Shown here: piece by piece, positions 29,014-39,700 of the stretch
Layout: the number at the start of each line of letters is the position of its first letter
Position numbering within the stretch: position 1 is the first letter of the stretch
Sequence record: NC_071007.1
Length of the DNA: 64,000 nt
Strand: one strand, 5' to 3'
The notes under the pieces: generated by a model
What the model saw: only the letters and a program-made list of their open reading frames with translations
Told to the model about the DNA's origin: nothing
Database searches by the model: none
Made by a program: the position numbers and the translations under genes

Positions 29014-29556
29014 TTACAGCATTGAGGCTGTCATTTTAGCGGTACAAACCTGAGCAATCTGATCGATATACTCTTTGACATTTTCATGACCTGCAAATTT
29101 TTCAGCCCCTATTGGAACAGGAATTTTGGCATTGTCAATCCGACCGCGATAACGATAGTATTGTTCCAGTGCACCATCGGCATAGAAAGAGATGACAAAC
29201 CCTTGATTGGACTGACCAAATTGTTTCAGTGCCATAGTAGGAGTCAGAGACCGCAGCCCATATACACGAACATAATCTCCCTGGTCATCACCTTCTTCAT
29301 TTTCCAATTCAACAATAAACATTTCAACGGGTTTATTGTTACCACGGATATAGTTGATCGTCACTGGATCGCCCGGATTTTCACATCCTACCGTGAGGGT
29401 TCCATTGCGAAGACCCATATTGGTAATTTTCATTACCTCACCAGCTTCGGTTTTTCCAGTAGGAATCCAACCAAATTCCAGATAGTTATCTTTAGCAGAA
29501 ACAACGTTGCTAAACATAACCAACATAACAACCAATCCCATGATAAAGTTTTTCAT
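29014..29556 (-). CDS. Secreted protein
   Basis: MKN + hydrophobic core ending VSA/KD; two Cys. Confidence 0.75.
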   Translation of the reverse strand: MKNFIMGLVVMLVMFSNVVSAKDNYLEFGWIPTGKTEAGEVMKITNMGLRNGTLTVGCENPGDPVTINYIRGNNKPVEMFIVELENEEGDDQGDYVRVYGLRSLTPTMALKQFGQSNQGFVISFYADGALEQYYRYRGRIDNAKIPVPIGAEKFAGHENVKEYIDQIAQVCTAKMTASML

Positions 29557-29673
29557 AACTTTTTGTCCTTTGTATATTTAAGTGAATGATTACTACATAA
29601 GTCCGCTATTACTTAAAGTAGATTACACGTTAATGATATCTAACTGAAAAGTTTTGCGTATTAATGGCAATCG

Positions 29674-30261
29674 TTAAGTTAAATTAAGACGAGACTTTTT
29701 ATCCTCTTCAAATTCGGCATTAAAATCAATTTGAACTTTCTTGATGATTTCAATGTAACTATCTATTGTTTCTTTAAATTTATTAAAGAAGTTTAATGCA
29801 GCTTTCTTACCATGAAGTATAATTCTTGTTTTATGATCGCAAGAAGCTATTTCAAATGTAATCCCATGGGTTTCTGTAATTGTTATTGCTATTGTAGAAG
29901 TATATAGGTCTGAAACGCCGTCAGACTCATTAAGAAAGCGTTTTAATATAAACCTGTCTCTTTGTTTACCTTCTTTATCCAAAGAGCTGATAGCTTCTCC
30001 TATGGACTTTGAGATGACATTTAATTTCTTTTCAAAATCTTGTATTGAAATATCTGGAGTTGTTAAATCATTCTCATGAATAATAATAATGTGATCTCTT
30101 AGAAAAATAGAGATTTTACCAGTTAAATATAAAAACCGTTGTTCTGGATTTTTTAATCTAGTGTAACGGCTTAAAGACAATGTAAAGGACATTGCACTTA
30201 GATCAGAACCTGACCTAAGAAAAGTTCTTTTTGAAAAATTAAACAATCGATTATTGTTCAT
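29674..30261 (-). CDS. Hypothetical protein (195 aa)
   Basis: Long ORF in leftward run. Confidence 0.7.
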   Translation of the reverse strand: MNNNRLFNFSKRTFLRSGSDLSAMSFTLSLSRYTRLKNPEQRFLYLTGKISIFLRDHIIIIHENDLTTPDISIQDFEKKLNVISKSIGEAISSLDKEGKQRDRFILKRFLNESDGVSDLYTSTIAITITETHGITFEIASCDHKTRIILHGKKAALNFFNKFKETIDSYIEIIKKVQIDFNAEFEEDKKSRLNLT

Positions 30262-30294
30262 AAAAGAAAACCAAATTAAAAATAAAATAGAAAA

Positions 30295-30322
30295 GGTTAT
30301 CTCTGGAAACCCAGAGATAACC
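30295..30322 (-). terminator. Intrinsic terminator
   Basis: 12-bp stem GGTTATCTCTGG/CCAGAGATAACC with T-run on the minus strand. Confidence 0.75.
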
Positions 30323-30333
30323 GCAATCAGATT

Positions 30334-30759
30334 TTACTTGAACAGCTCGGCTGCGCGATCAGCGTTGATCTGTGCAAATTCAGTATGGAAGTTGGAAAGT
30401 TCTTCAGTGTAGGTATAGTCAACAAATGTTTCACCAATGCCGTACAGCGTTTCTTCCCCAACAACTTCTTGAACTTGATAACCAGAAGAAATTTTCAAAC
30501 CATCAACAAGTTGAAGTTCGGAAGTCCATTTAGTTTGCTTGGAATCCGGATATTGAGCATTGCTGATTTGACCCAGCGCCAGATCAGAAGCAACACTCAT
30601 TTGATTAATGAAATCAACGTGCTGATTCAGAGAGTCGTTGGTAATTCCTTTTGGAAATTCCGGAGTTTTGAAAATTACCGCGCCAGTTTCTTTATGAACT
30701 TCTGCTGATTCAACCAGACCGTTAACACGTTTTTTCATCAGCTTATTCAGATCGGACAT
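30334..30759 (-). CDS. Highly expressed acidic protein (141 aa), function unknown
   Basis: Own promoter, leader hairpin and terminator; codon usage like the sheath gene. Confidence 0.75.
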   Translation of the reverse strand: MSDLNKLMKKRVNGLVESAEVHKETGAVIFKTPEFPKGITNDSLNQHVDFINQMSVASDLALGQISNAQYPDSKQTKWTSELQLVDGLKISSGYQVQEVVGEETLYGIGETFVDYTYTEELSNFHTEFAQINADRAAELFK

Positions 30760-30855
30760 GATCGTTCCTTGTTTTATCGATTGTAAAAAGAAGAGTGTAC
30801 AATAAAGAGAACAACAGTTGTTGTTTGTACACTCTAGTAATATCTACTTGAAAAT

Positions 30856-31794
30856 TTATAGAGCTTCAGAAAGTGGGTTTGATTTGGAAACATAAGACCC
30901 ATCATCAATATTAAAAACATAATTTACTTCCAACACCTTTTCTATTTTGTAGATAAGGGTATTGAAAGAGTTGACCATTTCTTGATCAACCTGAAGATTG
31001 ATCCGTCTGAGGATAGATTGGCCAGATTGCGAAATGGTAAAAATCGGAGGATTGTAACGGTGTTGTTTATTAGCAAAACCATTACTGATGTATGTTTCCA
31101 TAAATCCAATGATATCTTGATTGTATCTTGGTTTATGATCAGCAACACCACAAAACACCACTCCATTTAAGCAATCTTTCAGCTTAATAGGAAGTTCCTT
31201 CAGTGCATTAAGTTCAGTTTTGTTTCTAACGGCAGCGGCGTAGGTGCCGCTGGAATTTTTCACTCTAAACGAAATACCATTACTTGCATTGTAAAGATGG
31301 TAAATAGTAGGGAGCTCAGTCCTCTCTGAAATATAAGCGGATTGGTGTGTTCCCCTAATTGTTTTTAAAGGTTTGATAAAATCCAAATTACAAGCAGGTT
31401 TCAAAAATTCAGAACAAATTTCTTGAAAACGATAGAGAAATTTTTTCAATTGTTCTTCACGCTCAATTGGTAAGGAAAAGGAAATTTCCTTAAACAGGAC
31501 CATTGGTTTAGATCCAATAAGTGAACGGTTTTGAATTGAAATAAATTTTGATGAATAAGCTATTTCATAGTCATCCACCATCTTCCTAACTATATTTTTA
31601 CTGAGCGATGTTTCTACGCGTTTAAAAACTTCAACCAGCGTTTTCACTACTGAAGCCCGCAAATGGCAAATATGCAATTTCCCGTTGGTATCTTTTTCAC
31701 CAGAATAAAAAGTCAGTCTGGGGCGATCTTGTTCAGTAAAGGTCATATCAGCAAAAACGACAGGGTAGTTACTGAGGATAGTCAAGTTTTTCAT
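30856..31794 (-). CDS. Hypothetical protein (312 aa) with structured 5' leader
   Basis: GGAG RBS; promoter motif at 31916. Confidence 0.75.
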   Translation of the reverse strand: MKNLTILSNYPVVFADMTFTEQDRPRLTFYSGEKDTNGKLHICHLRASVVKTLVEVFKRVETSLSKNIVRKMVDDYEIAYSSKFISIQNRSLIGSKPMVLFKEISFSLPIEREEQLKKFLYRFQEICSEFLKPACNLDFIKPLKTIRGTHQSAYISERTELPTIYHLYNASNGISFRVKNSSGTYAAAVRNKTELNALKELPIKLKDCLNGVVFCGVADHKPRYNQDIIGFMETYISNGFANKQHRYNPPIFTISQSGQSILRRINLQVDQEMVNSFNTLIYKIEKVLEVNYVFNIDDGSYVSKSNPLSEAL

Positions 31795-31948
31795 ATATGC
31801 TCCATAATGGCATTGTGACTGAAATCTAAAAAGAGATCAGCGCGGGGTTAATGTACTGAACAACAAAAGTCAGAGAGTACCTTGTGGTCTCTCCCAGCGG
31901 TTGCTGTTCAGTACAATTATATCTGTCTGAAAAAATATAGAAGAATGA

Positions 31949-32518
31949 TTATTTAGTTACTTCTACAACACTACTTTCTTTAGCAATAACACCGTTAGAT
32001 AGATGTTGAGATAATTTATTTTCAAAACACTCAACACTGACAGCACCTTCTTCCGGAAGAGTGACTAGCAGGGGTATAAAGACCGTCTTCATATACTCTT
32101 TCAAATAACTAACGGCAAAATCATTTTTAATGAAATCAAACATAATGCCTGGAATACCAAAAATATTTGTCATGAGCAATTGATAAAGATGTTCATGAGA
32201 TTTGATTTCATTACTGGCAATATTTAGAATAATTGAATCTACACGCCAGTTACCTACCTGAATGTCTTCAATTGCAATTGGGAACATTTCAAAGTTAGTA
32301 ATGGACTTTACATACAACATTAGCTTGCGTGCATAGATCTGAACACACTGTGCTTTGGTCCGAGTCATGTGCTCAGTTACCATAATGGCTGTGCCGTCAA
32401 CTTTAAGACTATCCCAAACAGGTTCCATTTCCTTAAAGGTATTTTTTACAGTGTGGGCATGAAGCAAGAAGGAGCGAGCTTTAAACAGTTGAGAAATAAC
32501 TTCAATTTGATTAGACAT
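31949..32518 (-). CDS. Hypothetical protein (189 aa)
   Basis: AAGGA RBS. Confidence 0.75.
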   Translation of the reverse strand: MSNQIEVISQLFKARSFLLHAHTVKNTFKEMEPVWDSLKVDGTAIMVTEHMTRTKAQCVQIYARKLMLYVKSITNFEMFPIAIEDIQVGNWRVDSIILNIASNEIKSHEHLYQLLMTNIFGIPGIMFDFIKNDFAVSYLKEYMKTVFIPLLVTLPEEGAVSVECFENKLSQHLSNGVIAKESSVVEVTK

Positions 32519-32585
32519 GTTTATTCCTTAAGTTAAGTGTTATTGGTATACGTTAAATTCAAATTGTAGTAATAAAACATATAAA

Positions 32586-32617
32586 AGGTATTCTTCCCTA
32601 ACCAGGGAAGAATACCT
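32586..32617 (-). terminator. Terminator of the protease/vRNAP operon
   Basis: 14-bp perfect stem. Confidence 0.8.
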
Positions 32618-32624
32618 AATTAGA

Positions 32625-33479
32625 TTAGAAAATCTGACTAAAAGAAACACCTAGAGAAACAGAACTGTGTTTTACATGGTTACGTTTGATTTGGTCGTAC
32701 ATCATTTTCATGTCATTGAGTGCTTCCATCCCACCCACACGTTGAAGTGCATCTGAGTCATTAGCCGCACTAGCAAGACAAGCGCCCATTTGTTCAATAA
32801 CATCTGCTGCTTTAAATTTCTGGACATTATCAATAGACAATGAATAACTATCAAGCATGGATTCACAACCAGCAGTCATGTGCTTATTGGCATGAATCAT
32901 GCCAGGTTCAGAAACCCAATCGTAACCGGTCCAGTACTCCACATTTTTCCGGTTACTACCATCTTGGTAAGGACTGATCTGTGTCCGAATACTAACCGCA
33001 GTATTATGGCGAGGATTATCTAATGACTCTTTAAACTCAGGTCCTCGAGGACCAAATGGTTCACAGTCAATAAAATTATAAATAGGAAGAGTTAAGTTAT
33101 TAGGATTTTCCGGCTTAAAGTAAATCTTGCTAATCAACCCGCAAATGTTAGCTGGATCATAACTACGAAGGCGATTAATCCACTCCAATAGTGTCGACAT
33201 TTGTTTACGGTATCGGACGCCATTTTCTTCAACATAAACAAAGGGTTCTGGATGCTCAACTTCCATTTTACAATACCCCATGGATACTCGGCGATTAAGA
33301 TCGCTATTAGCATCCATTTGTTCTTGAAGGTATTGGTTAAAAGGATAGGCAATTCCAGACGCATTAGGAATGTTAAACCCACCGGCGTTTAAATGATAAA
33401 CACCTTTTTCATTGGGTTTCAGGATTCCTTGTTTCCCGTTATTAGCGAGAACAATATTACCAAAACTAATTTCGGCCAT
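32625..33479 (-). CDS. Prohead core protease (phiKZ gp175-like)
   Basis: Catalytic E.EHP and VSIR motifs, FGPRG, YDWVSEPG; C-terminal AGCE/S self-cleavage candidate. Confidence 0.85.
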   Translation of the reverse strand: MAEISFGNIVLANNGKQGILKPNEKGVYHLNAGGFNIPNASGIAYPFNQYLQEQMDANSDLNRRVSMGYCKMEVEHPEPFVYVEENGVRYRKQMSTLLEWINRLRSYDPANICGLISKIYFKPENPNNLTLPIYNFIDCEPFGPRGPEFKESLDNPRHNTAVSIRTQISPYQDGSNRKNVEYWTGYDWVSEPGMIHANKHMTAGCESMLDSYSLSIDNVQKFKAADVIEQMGACLASAANDSDALQRVGGMEALNDMKMMYDQIKRNHVKHSSVSLGVSFSQIF

Positions 33480-33482
33480 AAC

Positions 33483-34220
33483 TTATTCCTGTTCGTTCGG
33501 TAGACCGCGCATTACTTCTTCCAACACAGTTACTTTCTTATCAGGATTAAGCAGTCCTGCGATGATGTTATCGGACATATACCCGGAGGTTAAACGAGCA
33601 AATGTACTATTAAGAAGTTGTCCAGGGTTGTTAATACCAATAATGCGTGGTTGGACATTTGGGTTATCGATAAAAGGAGAGTATCTAAACGCAACATCAA
33701 CGTTTTTAGGGTCTCGACAAGTCAATGAATAAAGAACACGAATTGCCTGATTACTCATCCCGGTTGATTTACCGGTATAGAACTTTGCTTCGTCAAATAC
33801 ACTTAAAATAGTTGCTTCCGTTGCGTACCATGGAATACGTGCAAACTTGGTAAACTCCAAATAAAATGGATAACCAATATTACTGTCCATAGGGATAGTT
33901 AAGTTATCAATAACAACTTCGCCCGGTTCAAATTCAAGAACATAATAACGATCGTTATTAATGGATTCTTCATAAATCTCACCAGGATGCATTATAACTT
34001 TGCACATACCAGCTAGTGCGCAATAATGACCATCCACAACCAAACCGACCATGAGAATCGTGGTTACTGAATCTGTTATCTCAGCTAACCCACTTTGTTC
34101 AAATCGTTTTGGAAAACAAATCTTAAGTTTCTTTAAAGCAATAACAGAGCCATCCGGCATTTTGCGTAGGGCGGTTTTCACCAGCCCTACGTTTTTAATC
34201 AAAGTGCTTGGGTTTATCAT
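33483..34220 (-). CDS. vRNAP beta' C-terminal fragment (phiKZ gp176-like)
   Basis: IIGINNPGQLLNSTFARLTSGYMSDNIIAGL aligns by eye with RpoC [31 protein letters not shown]. Confidence 0.65.
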   Translation of the reverse strand: MINPSTLIKNVGLVKTALRKMPDGSVIALKKLKICFPKRFEQSGLAEITDSVTTILMVGLVVDGHYCALAGMCKVIMHPGEIYEESINNDRYYVLEFEPGEVVIDNLTIPMDSNIGYPFYLEFTKFARIPWYATEATILSVFDEAKFYTGKSTGMSNQAIRVLYSLTCRDPKNVDVAFRYSPFIDNPNVQPRIIGINNPGQLLNSTFARLTSGYMSDNIIAGLLNPDKKVTVLEEVMRGLPNEQE

Positions 34221-35737
34221 TAGATCAACCGTTTAATTAGAACGCCACGAAGTGCACTAGCCAGCAATTTACGTTGTTCTTCTTTGGAATTGAAACCGCT
34301 ATTAAGATTCTTCATCAGAACTTCGGCAGCAATTTCAGATCCAAATAGTTTACAGAGTTCAACCGACAAGCTAGAATTCATCAGACTGTCTTCATTACGG
34401 GAAACCCGAGAAACCAAATTGGTGTCATAAAAGAAGTTTTCCAATGCAACAGAATCATTCAATGCATTAAAAATTTTATCACCCTTATGACCTTCTTTAT
34501 CAATAGATCCCAGAATAGGTTCCCAATCCTCGGTAGAAGCAACTTCTTTACAAGCACGAGAAAGTGCGTTAATGGCCACTTTAGTCAAATTCGCATTAAC
34601 AGCCAATTCTAAATCGGTGTAATATTCACGCAAGGAATCTTGAACAACTTGACTATCGGTAATGATGTCTTTAACATTATAACCGCGTTGCTTGGCGTAA
34701 ATAAAACCAACCGCTGATTCAACGATGGATGCTTCATCATTCTCGGCAATCATTTCAAGAGCACGACGATTATAGCCAATTGAAACCACACCTTGAAGAA
34801 CCATCTTTCCTTCAAGCGGACCCCAGTCGGCAGTTTTATACTGGACGTTGTTATCCAGAATAACAATACCTGCTGCTGCTTTTTCAGCCCAAATAGTTTT
34901 GAAACGATAAAGAGCAGCACCCAGAAGGTCTTTGACCATTTTAACGTTATAACGATAATCGACCAGCGAAACTCCAGTAACACCAGGATAGGGAGAATCG
35001 TCAGCAGCCAAACGGTTAATGATCAGGTTGGCAATAACCAAAGCACGATACTTATTGAAATTTAAATAGTGTTCACGGATATCAACATCAATAAGACCAT
35101 TAGTGCCTACACGAGCATCAAAGATAATCCACCAGTTTTTATTAACAAACAGATCTTCATAAACGCGCCGAATTTCTTTACGGTCTTCAAGGAAAGGTGA
35201 AAGCAGTTCGGAGTCGACATAAATGTAATTGAAAATTTCATCGTCGTCAGCTGGCGCTGGCCAGTTACCTTGGAAAAGTTTTTCAATATTAACTTTAGTT
35301 ACTTCAGCAAATACCCCAGGATATTCACTTGGGACAAACGCACTCGCCAAGAAGTCAGGTTCCAAATCAACTTGTTGAGTACGAAGGTATTCAAAAGCCA
35401 AATCAGCCGCACTGTTACTACGGATGTTACTGCGAATAATACTATCGGTTTCAACTAAAATAGGTTTAACATATTTACTAATAGTGTAAAGTGCACCACG
35501 AATTACATCAGCCAGCTTATCAGTAACTACTTCAAGAGCAGTGGTGTGATCTAATACGTTTTTGGTATAATCAGGAAGATCAACGGCAATGTTATCCAAA
35601 GTAAACCCTGAGAGGTTAGCAGTGGTTTCATTCAAGCCAGTAATGATATCACCAGCCCGCTCGGAAAGGTTTACGCCATTACTATCCAATTCCATTGCCA
35701 ATGGAGTGGAGATCAAAACGGTACTTTGGTTAATCAT
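34220..35737 (-). CDS. Virion protein (phiKZ gp177-like)
   Basis: 505 aa, coupled to neighbours by overlapping start/stop; synteny. Confidence 0.65.
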   Translation of the reverse strand: MINQSTVLISTPLAMELDSNGVNLSERAGDIITGLNETTANLSGFTLDNIAVDLPDYTKNVLDHTTALEVVTDKLADVIRGALYTISKYVKPILVETDSIIRSNIRSNSAADLAFEYLRTQQVDLEPDFLASAFVPSEYPGVFAEVTKVNIEKLFQGNWPAPADDDEIFNYIYVDSELLSPFLEDRKEIRRVYEDLFVNKNWWIIFDARVGTNGLIDVDIREHYLNFNKYRALVIANLIINRLAADDSPYPGVTGVSLVDYRYNVKMVKDLLGAALYRFKTIWAEKAAAGIVILDNNVQYKTADWGPLEGKMVLQGVVSIGYNRRALEMIAENDEASIVESAVGFIYAKQRGYNVKDIITDSQVVQDSLREYYTDLELAVNANLTKVAINALSRACKEVASTEDWEPILGSIDKEGHKGDKIFNALNDSVALENFFYDTNLVSRVSRNEDSLMNSSLSVELCKLFGSEIAAEVLMKNLNSGFNSKEEQRKLLASALRGVLIKRLI

Positions 35738-35898
35738 TCAGATGCCTCCAGATTCTGTTTAATTTCACGACTAGTGATTTCCTGTTCTTCGGCATCACTA
35801 AGTGGGGCTTGATATTCATACCCCACTTTCTTCATAGTCATATTTACTACTTCATGAATATTGGAAATAGTGATGATGTTATTAATTACACGGTCCAT
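35734..35898 (-). CDS. 54-aa ORF missed by the track (MDRVINNIITIS...NLEASE)
   Basis: Fills the gap exactly; its TGA overlaps the next ATG (ATGA). Confidence 0.65.
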   Translation of the reverse strand: MDRVINNIITISNIHEVVNMTMKKVGYEYQAPLSDAEEQEITSREIKQNLEASE

Positions 35899-35905
35899 AA
35901 ATTAG

Positions 35906-36778
35906 TTACCCTTTAATGGCGCGGTTAGAAGGATCCATCCCTTCCCAGTAAAATGTAGTGATTGCATTTGCAATATCACCAACGGTATAATAACCTTTTT
36001 TCTCGCTATCAAACCCTTTGTTTTGAGAGTAAATTTTAGTTCCTTCTTTAGCAACTACCAAATTAGGATCTTTACCAACATGCGCCGGATAAAAGATAGA
36101 AAGATAATAATCTTCAAGTCGTTGACATTTCTTAATGTATCCGTATTTCTCAAAATATGCGAATACATAGTCAAGCTGGTCATAAACAGACATGACTTTT
36201 AACTGATCATCAGTTACACCTAAATCAATCATACTTCCTTTAGGCATGAATTGTATTAACCCTCTTGCTCCCGATGAAGGATTACGAGCAGCGGGATCAA
36301 ATGTTTTTCCAGTCTCTAAAGCAAAACAGCTAAACAAATAGTTGACGTGTTCAAGGGGTTTGTTCCACTTGGTCATCCATGCTTCAACTTTAGCAATTAC
36401 TTCGGGAATTAAACGGGGATGACCAGTCCAAGCATAATTGTAAACCGGAAGGGAATTATTGGATGCATACAGGTTACCGAGTTTTTCAAATTCTGCCTTA
36501 CTCCCATTTCCCCACTTTCCATCAACCAAGAAGTTTTCTGGCGCTTTACCAGCTCGTACAATGTATTCTTGTACCCATTTGAATACATCACTGGCTTGAT
36601 AAGTAGGAACGGCTACAATTGGATTGTAAGAAGGATTGGCGTTAGCAACTAATGTTTTAACACCATCGCGACAACCTGATCCAAAAAGGGCGTCAATCCG
36701 CCCTTTATAGAGACCAACTTCTCGCAAGAGACTTTGGATCGTTTTGATACCAAAGACTTCTTTATTTGAGTTGACCAT
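35906..36778 (-). CDS. Lytic transglycosylase/endolysin with N-terminal peptidoglycan-binding repeats
   Basis: DALFG and DGKWG binding motifs; catalytic LETG...ARGLIQFMP (SLT/GH23-like). Confidence 0.8.
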   Translation of the reverse strand: MVNSNKEVFGIKTIQSLLREVGLYKGRIDALFGSGCRDGVKTLVANANPSYNPIVAVPTYQASDVFKWVQEYIVRAGKAPENFLVDGKWGNGSKAEFEKLGNLYASNNSLPVYNYAWTGHPRLIPEVIAKVEAWMTKWNKPLEHVNYLFSCFALETGKTFDPAARNPSSGARGLIQFMPKGSMIDLGVTDDQLKVMSVYDQLDYVFAYFEKYGYIKKCQRLEDYYLSIFYPAHVGKDPNLVVAKEGTKIYSQNKGFDSEKKGYYTVGDIANAITTFYWEGMDPSNRAIKG

Positions 36779-39700
36779 TATTCATATCTCCCATATTTGG
36801 TAATCATTCTAGCAGTATAAACAAAGTTGATTTCATTACCAACTAGTTTATCACGTAAGCTCAATACCATTCGGTTAAGAAGAGACTTCAAAGAGAAAGT
36901 CATATCCACATCCCGACCATCAGGGGTTTTAATTTTGGTTGGGTAAATAAAACCAACTGTCCCCTTCATCTGGTTACCGACAACAAATTTATCCGCAGTA
37001 GTAGTGACAAGTTTGTTCTCAATATAAACCTTAATGGTAACAGTATTAGGATAAACTTTTGATTTACCAACAGAAGTATTACCCCCCACGTTATTTGTTG
37101 GAGCATAAAGTTTACGGTATTTTGCAGCTTTAGCTCTTTCCCCATCAGATTTACGAATCAATTGTTTTACAGAATCATCAGCATCCTCATAATCCCCGTT
37201 GTAGAGAATTTCAATTTTACTGATCCGACCTGCTTGATGCGCTTTCTCTTGTTTTATTCCTAACCTGTCCAATCCAGCCATTGGTGTAAATTCAGTATCA
37301 AACATCGCACTTGATTGATCTTTGATATCTGCCAAGACTTGATCGTATTCAACCTCATCGCCTTCTTTAACATAAAGTTTCAGAACTTGATCATAATTGA
37401 CACGGAATTGATTAATCTTAATGAATGGAGTGGTGTTCTTAATTGCATAATCATAAGTAATACCAATGGAGTCTTCAAAGGTAAATTGATCTTCAATTAA
37501 TGCAATCCGACTAGGTGTCCCTGATTTCAATACAACACGATTTGGATCTAAGGTATCACGTGCATAGAAAACGTTATCCCATGCAAGTACTTTACCTTTA
37601 TCAAAAGTGTCACCAACAGAAACATCAGTTACCTTTAAATGTTTATGGTATTCACCAGCACCTTTACCTATCTCATACCCAAGGAAGAACGTATCTGTTG
37701 ATCCGTCTTCATATTCCACCAATATCCCTTTATCACTAATTTCTTTTACTGTTCCTTTTTGTTTTGCAACTGAAGTATACAGTTCAAAATTACGATAACC
37801 AATGACACTGTCATAGGGAGTTCTTAATGGAGAAGGTTGATAAGAATCAGTTGCCATCCATTGACTAAATTGAACCCCTGAGAACAAACTTCTCTTGGAG
37901 TCATCAATGGTAGAACCATAAACAAGGTTCGAGATAATAGAAAGCCGACCAGGGCTCGTTGTCTTTAAAGAAGGATCAACGTTACCTGCATAGTCAACTA
38001 TTTTAGCATCTGATGTTAAATAGGAAACAAACCCGGCTTTTCCTGAGTCCTTACCAGCTTCAGAAATAATCCCGTCGTAGTTAGGGAGCTGTCCACGAGT
38101 TCTACGAACCATGGCTTGATCACTTCGACCAAATGCACCGCCGAATGTTACTTCTTCAGTTTGTTTGATTTGGTGAGCAGGATTTACTTCTTCTACAGGT
38201 TGACATGAACTATCTGTAAGAATAGCTAACATGATTGATTCAGGGTTGAGGTCAAAGGTCTTTTTACCACCACCCGGCTTATTCCTAAACTGTCGGTTGG
38301 CTTTAACCATCTCTCGATACGCATGACCTGCAAAACGCTCATAACCAACAATACGCTGTTCAGAGATTTCCACTTCGTGACTAGCCTCATTATTAAGCAA
38401 CATTTCAATTGCTCTAATAACTAAGTTGTCAAGTTCAAGCGGATACTTCCGTTTCTTCAATTCACGTGCGTGCATTGGATCAATAAATTGATCAAACATC
38501 TGATCCATCTCTTTAAAGTGAGATGGTTTTACTCGACTGTCATTAACAATTGAGAACCAAACGTTTGGATCATCCAACTGCGAACGAGAAAAGTTTTTAA
38601 TTGCAGGTAGTTTAGCCAATCCAGAGAAAATCAAAGTAGCCAATTCATCACGTCGATCAAACACCATTCGTTCGTCAGCGAATTGAACCATATACTCATT
38701 AGAAGAAAGATTGGGTCTTACTCCAGGTTCAATAAAACGATGAATAGGTTTAATGCGTTTAATCAGTTCCGAGAATCCCATCCAGTAGGCAAGTACAACA
38801 ACACTTTGGAATTTGTAACCATTGATGTATACGGTTGTATTTGGAACAGGAGCTTTTTCCATTGGTAATCCAATGAGTTCTTCAATAAACCCTTTTGTTT
38901 CACCATCAACAGTAATCAGACCGCTGTTATCAATTAATATAGGATGACCATTCTCCTCACCAAGTACCCATGATTTATCGGTGCAAAGTTTTTTCCATTC
39001 TTTATGATTTTCAAGAATGGACTTAGTGTCTAGATTCAACACCAAATCATGAATGGTTATTTCTTTAAACCGTTCCGCCAAGATAGAATAATACCAACAT
39101 ACTTGTTTAGCAGTAACTTCTTGACTACCCAACTTAACTTTAATGGATTTATCCAAATAACTGCGTTGGATAATGTTAGTTTTTAGCCAACTACCAAAAT
39201 CGTCGACACGATAAGGAGAACGCTCAATCATAATCCGCTTATCGTAATAAGTGGCTAGGTTAACTTTTCGTTTTCCAATTTTTCGAATGGGTAATTCCAT
39301 CCGAACATATTGAGCGTAGTTCTTTACACCATTAATGGTAAACGTTAAATCATCGGCTACTTTTGGAATCCGGAACCGACGAGTGGATTGGTTACCTTCA
39401 CCAATTGGCTGGAATTTAATTGTGTAAACATCATAAGCGGAATCCGCTGTAATAATGTCTTCACGTTCCATATCTAAGATAGCCACACCACCAGCTTGTG
39501 CACCAAACAGAATAGAAGCAATAATGTCACGCTCTAAAAACTGCTGAACGTAACCGACACCTAGATCTGTTGTTCTAGATTGTAATACTTCTTTATTGCT
39601 AATTACTGTACTGTCGGGTGCAATTTTTGCTGGTGCAAGTACGAGATCTTCAGGTTTAACATCAATGATCTCTTCTAATGTTTTTCCACCAAATTCAATT

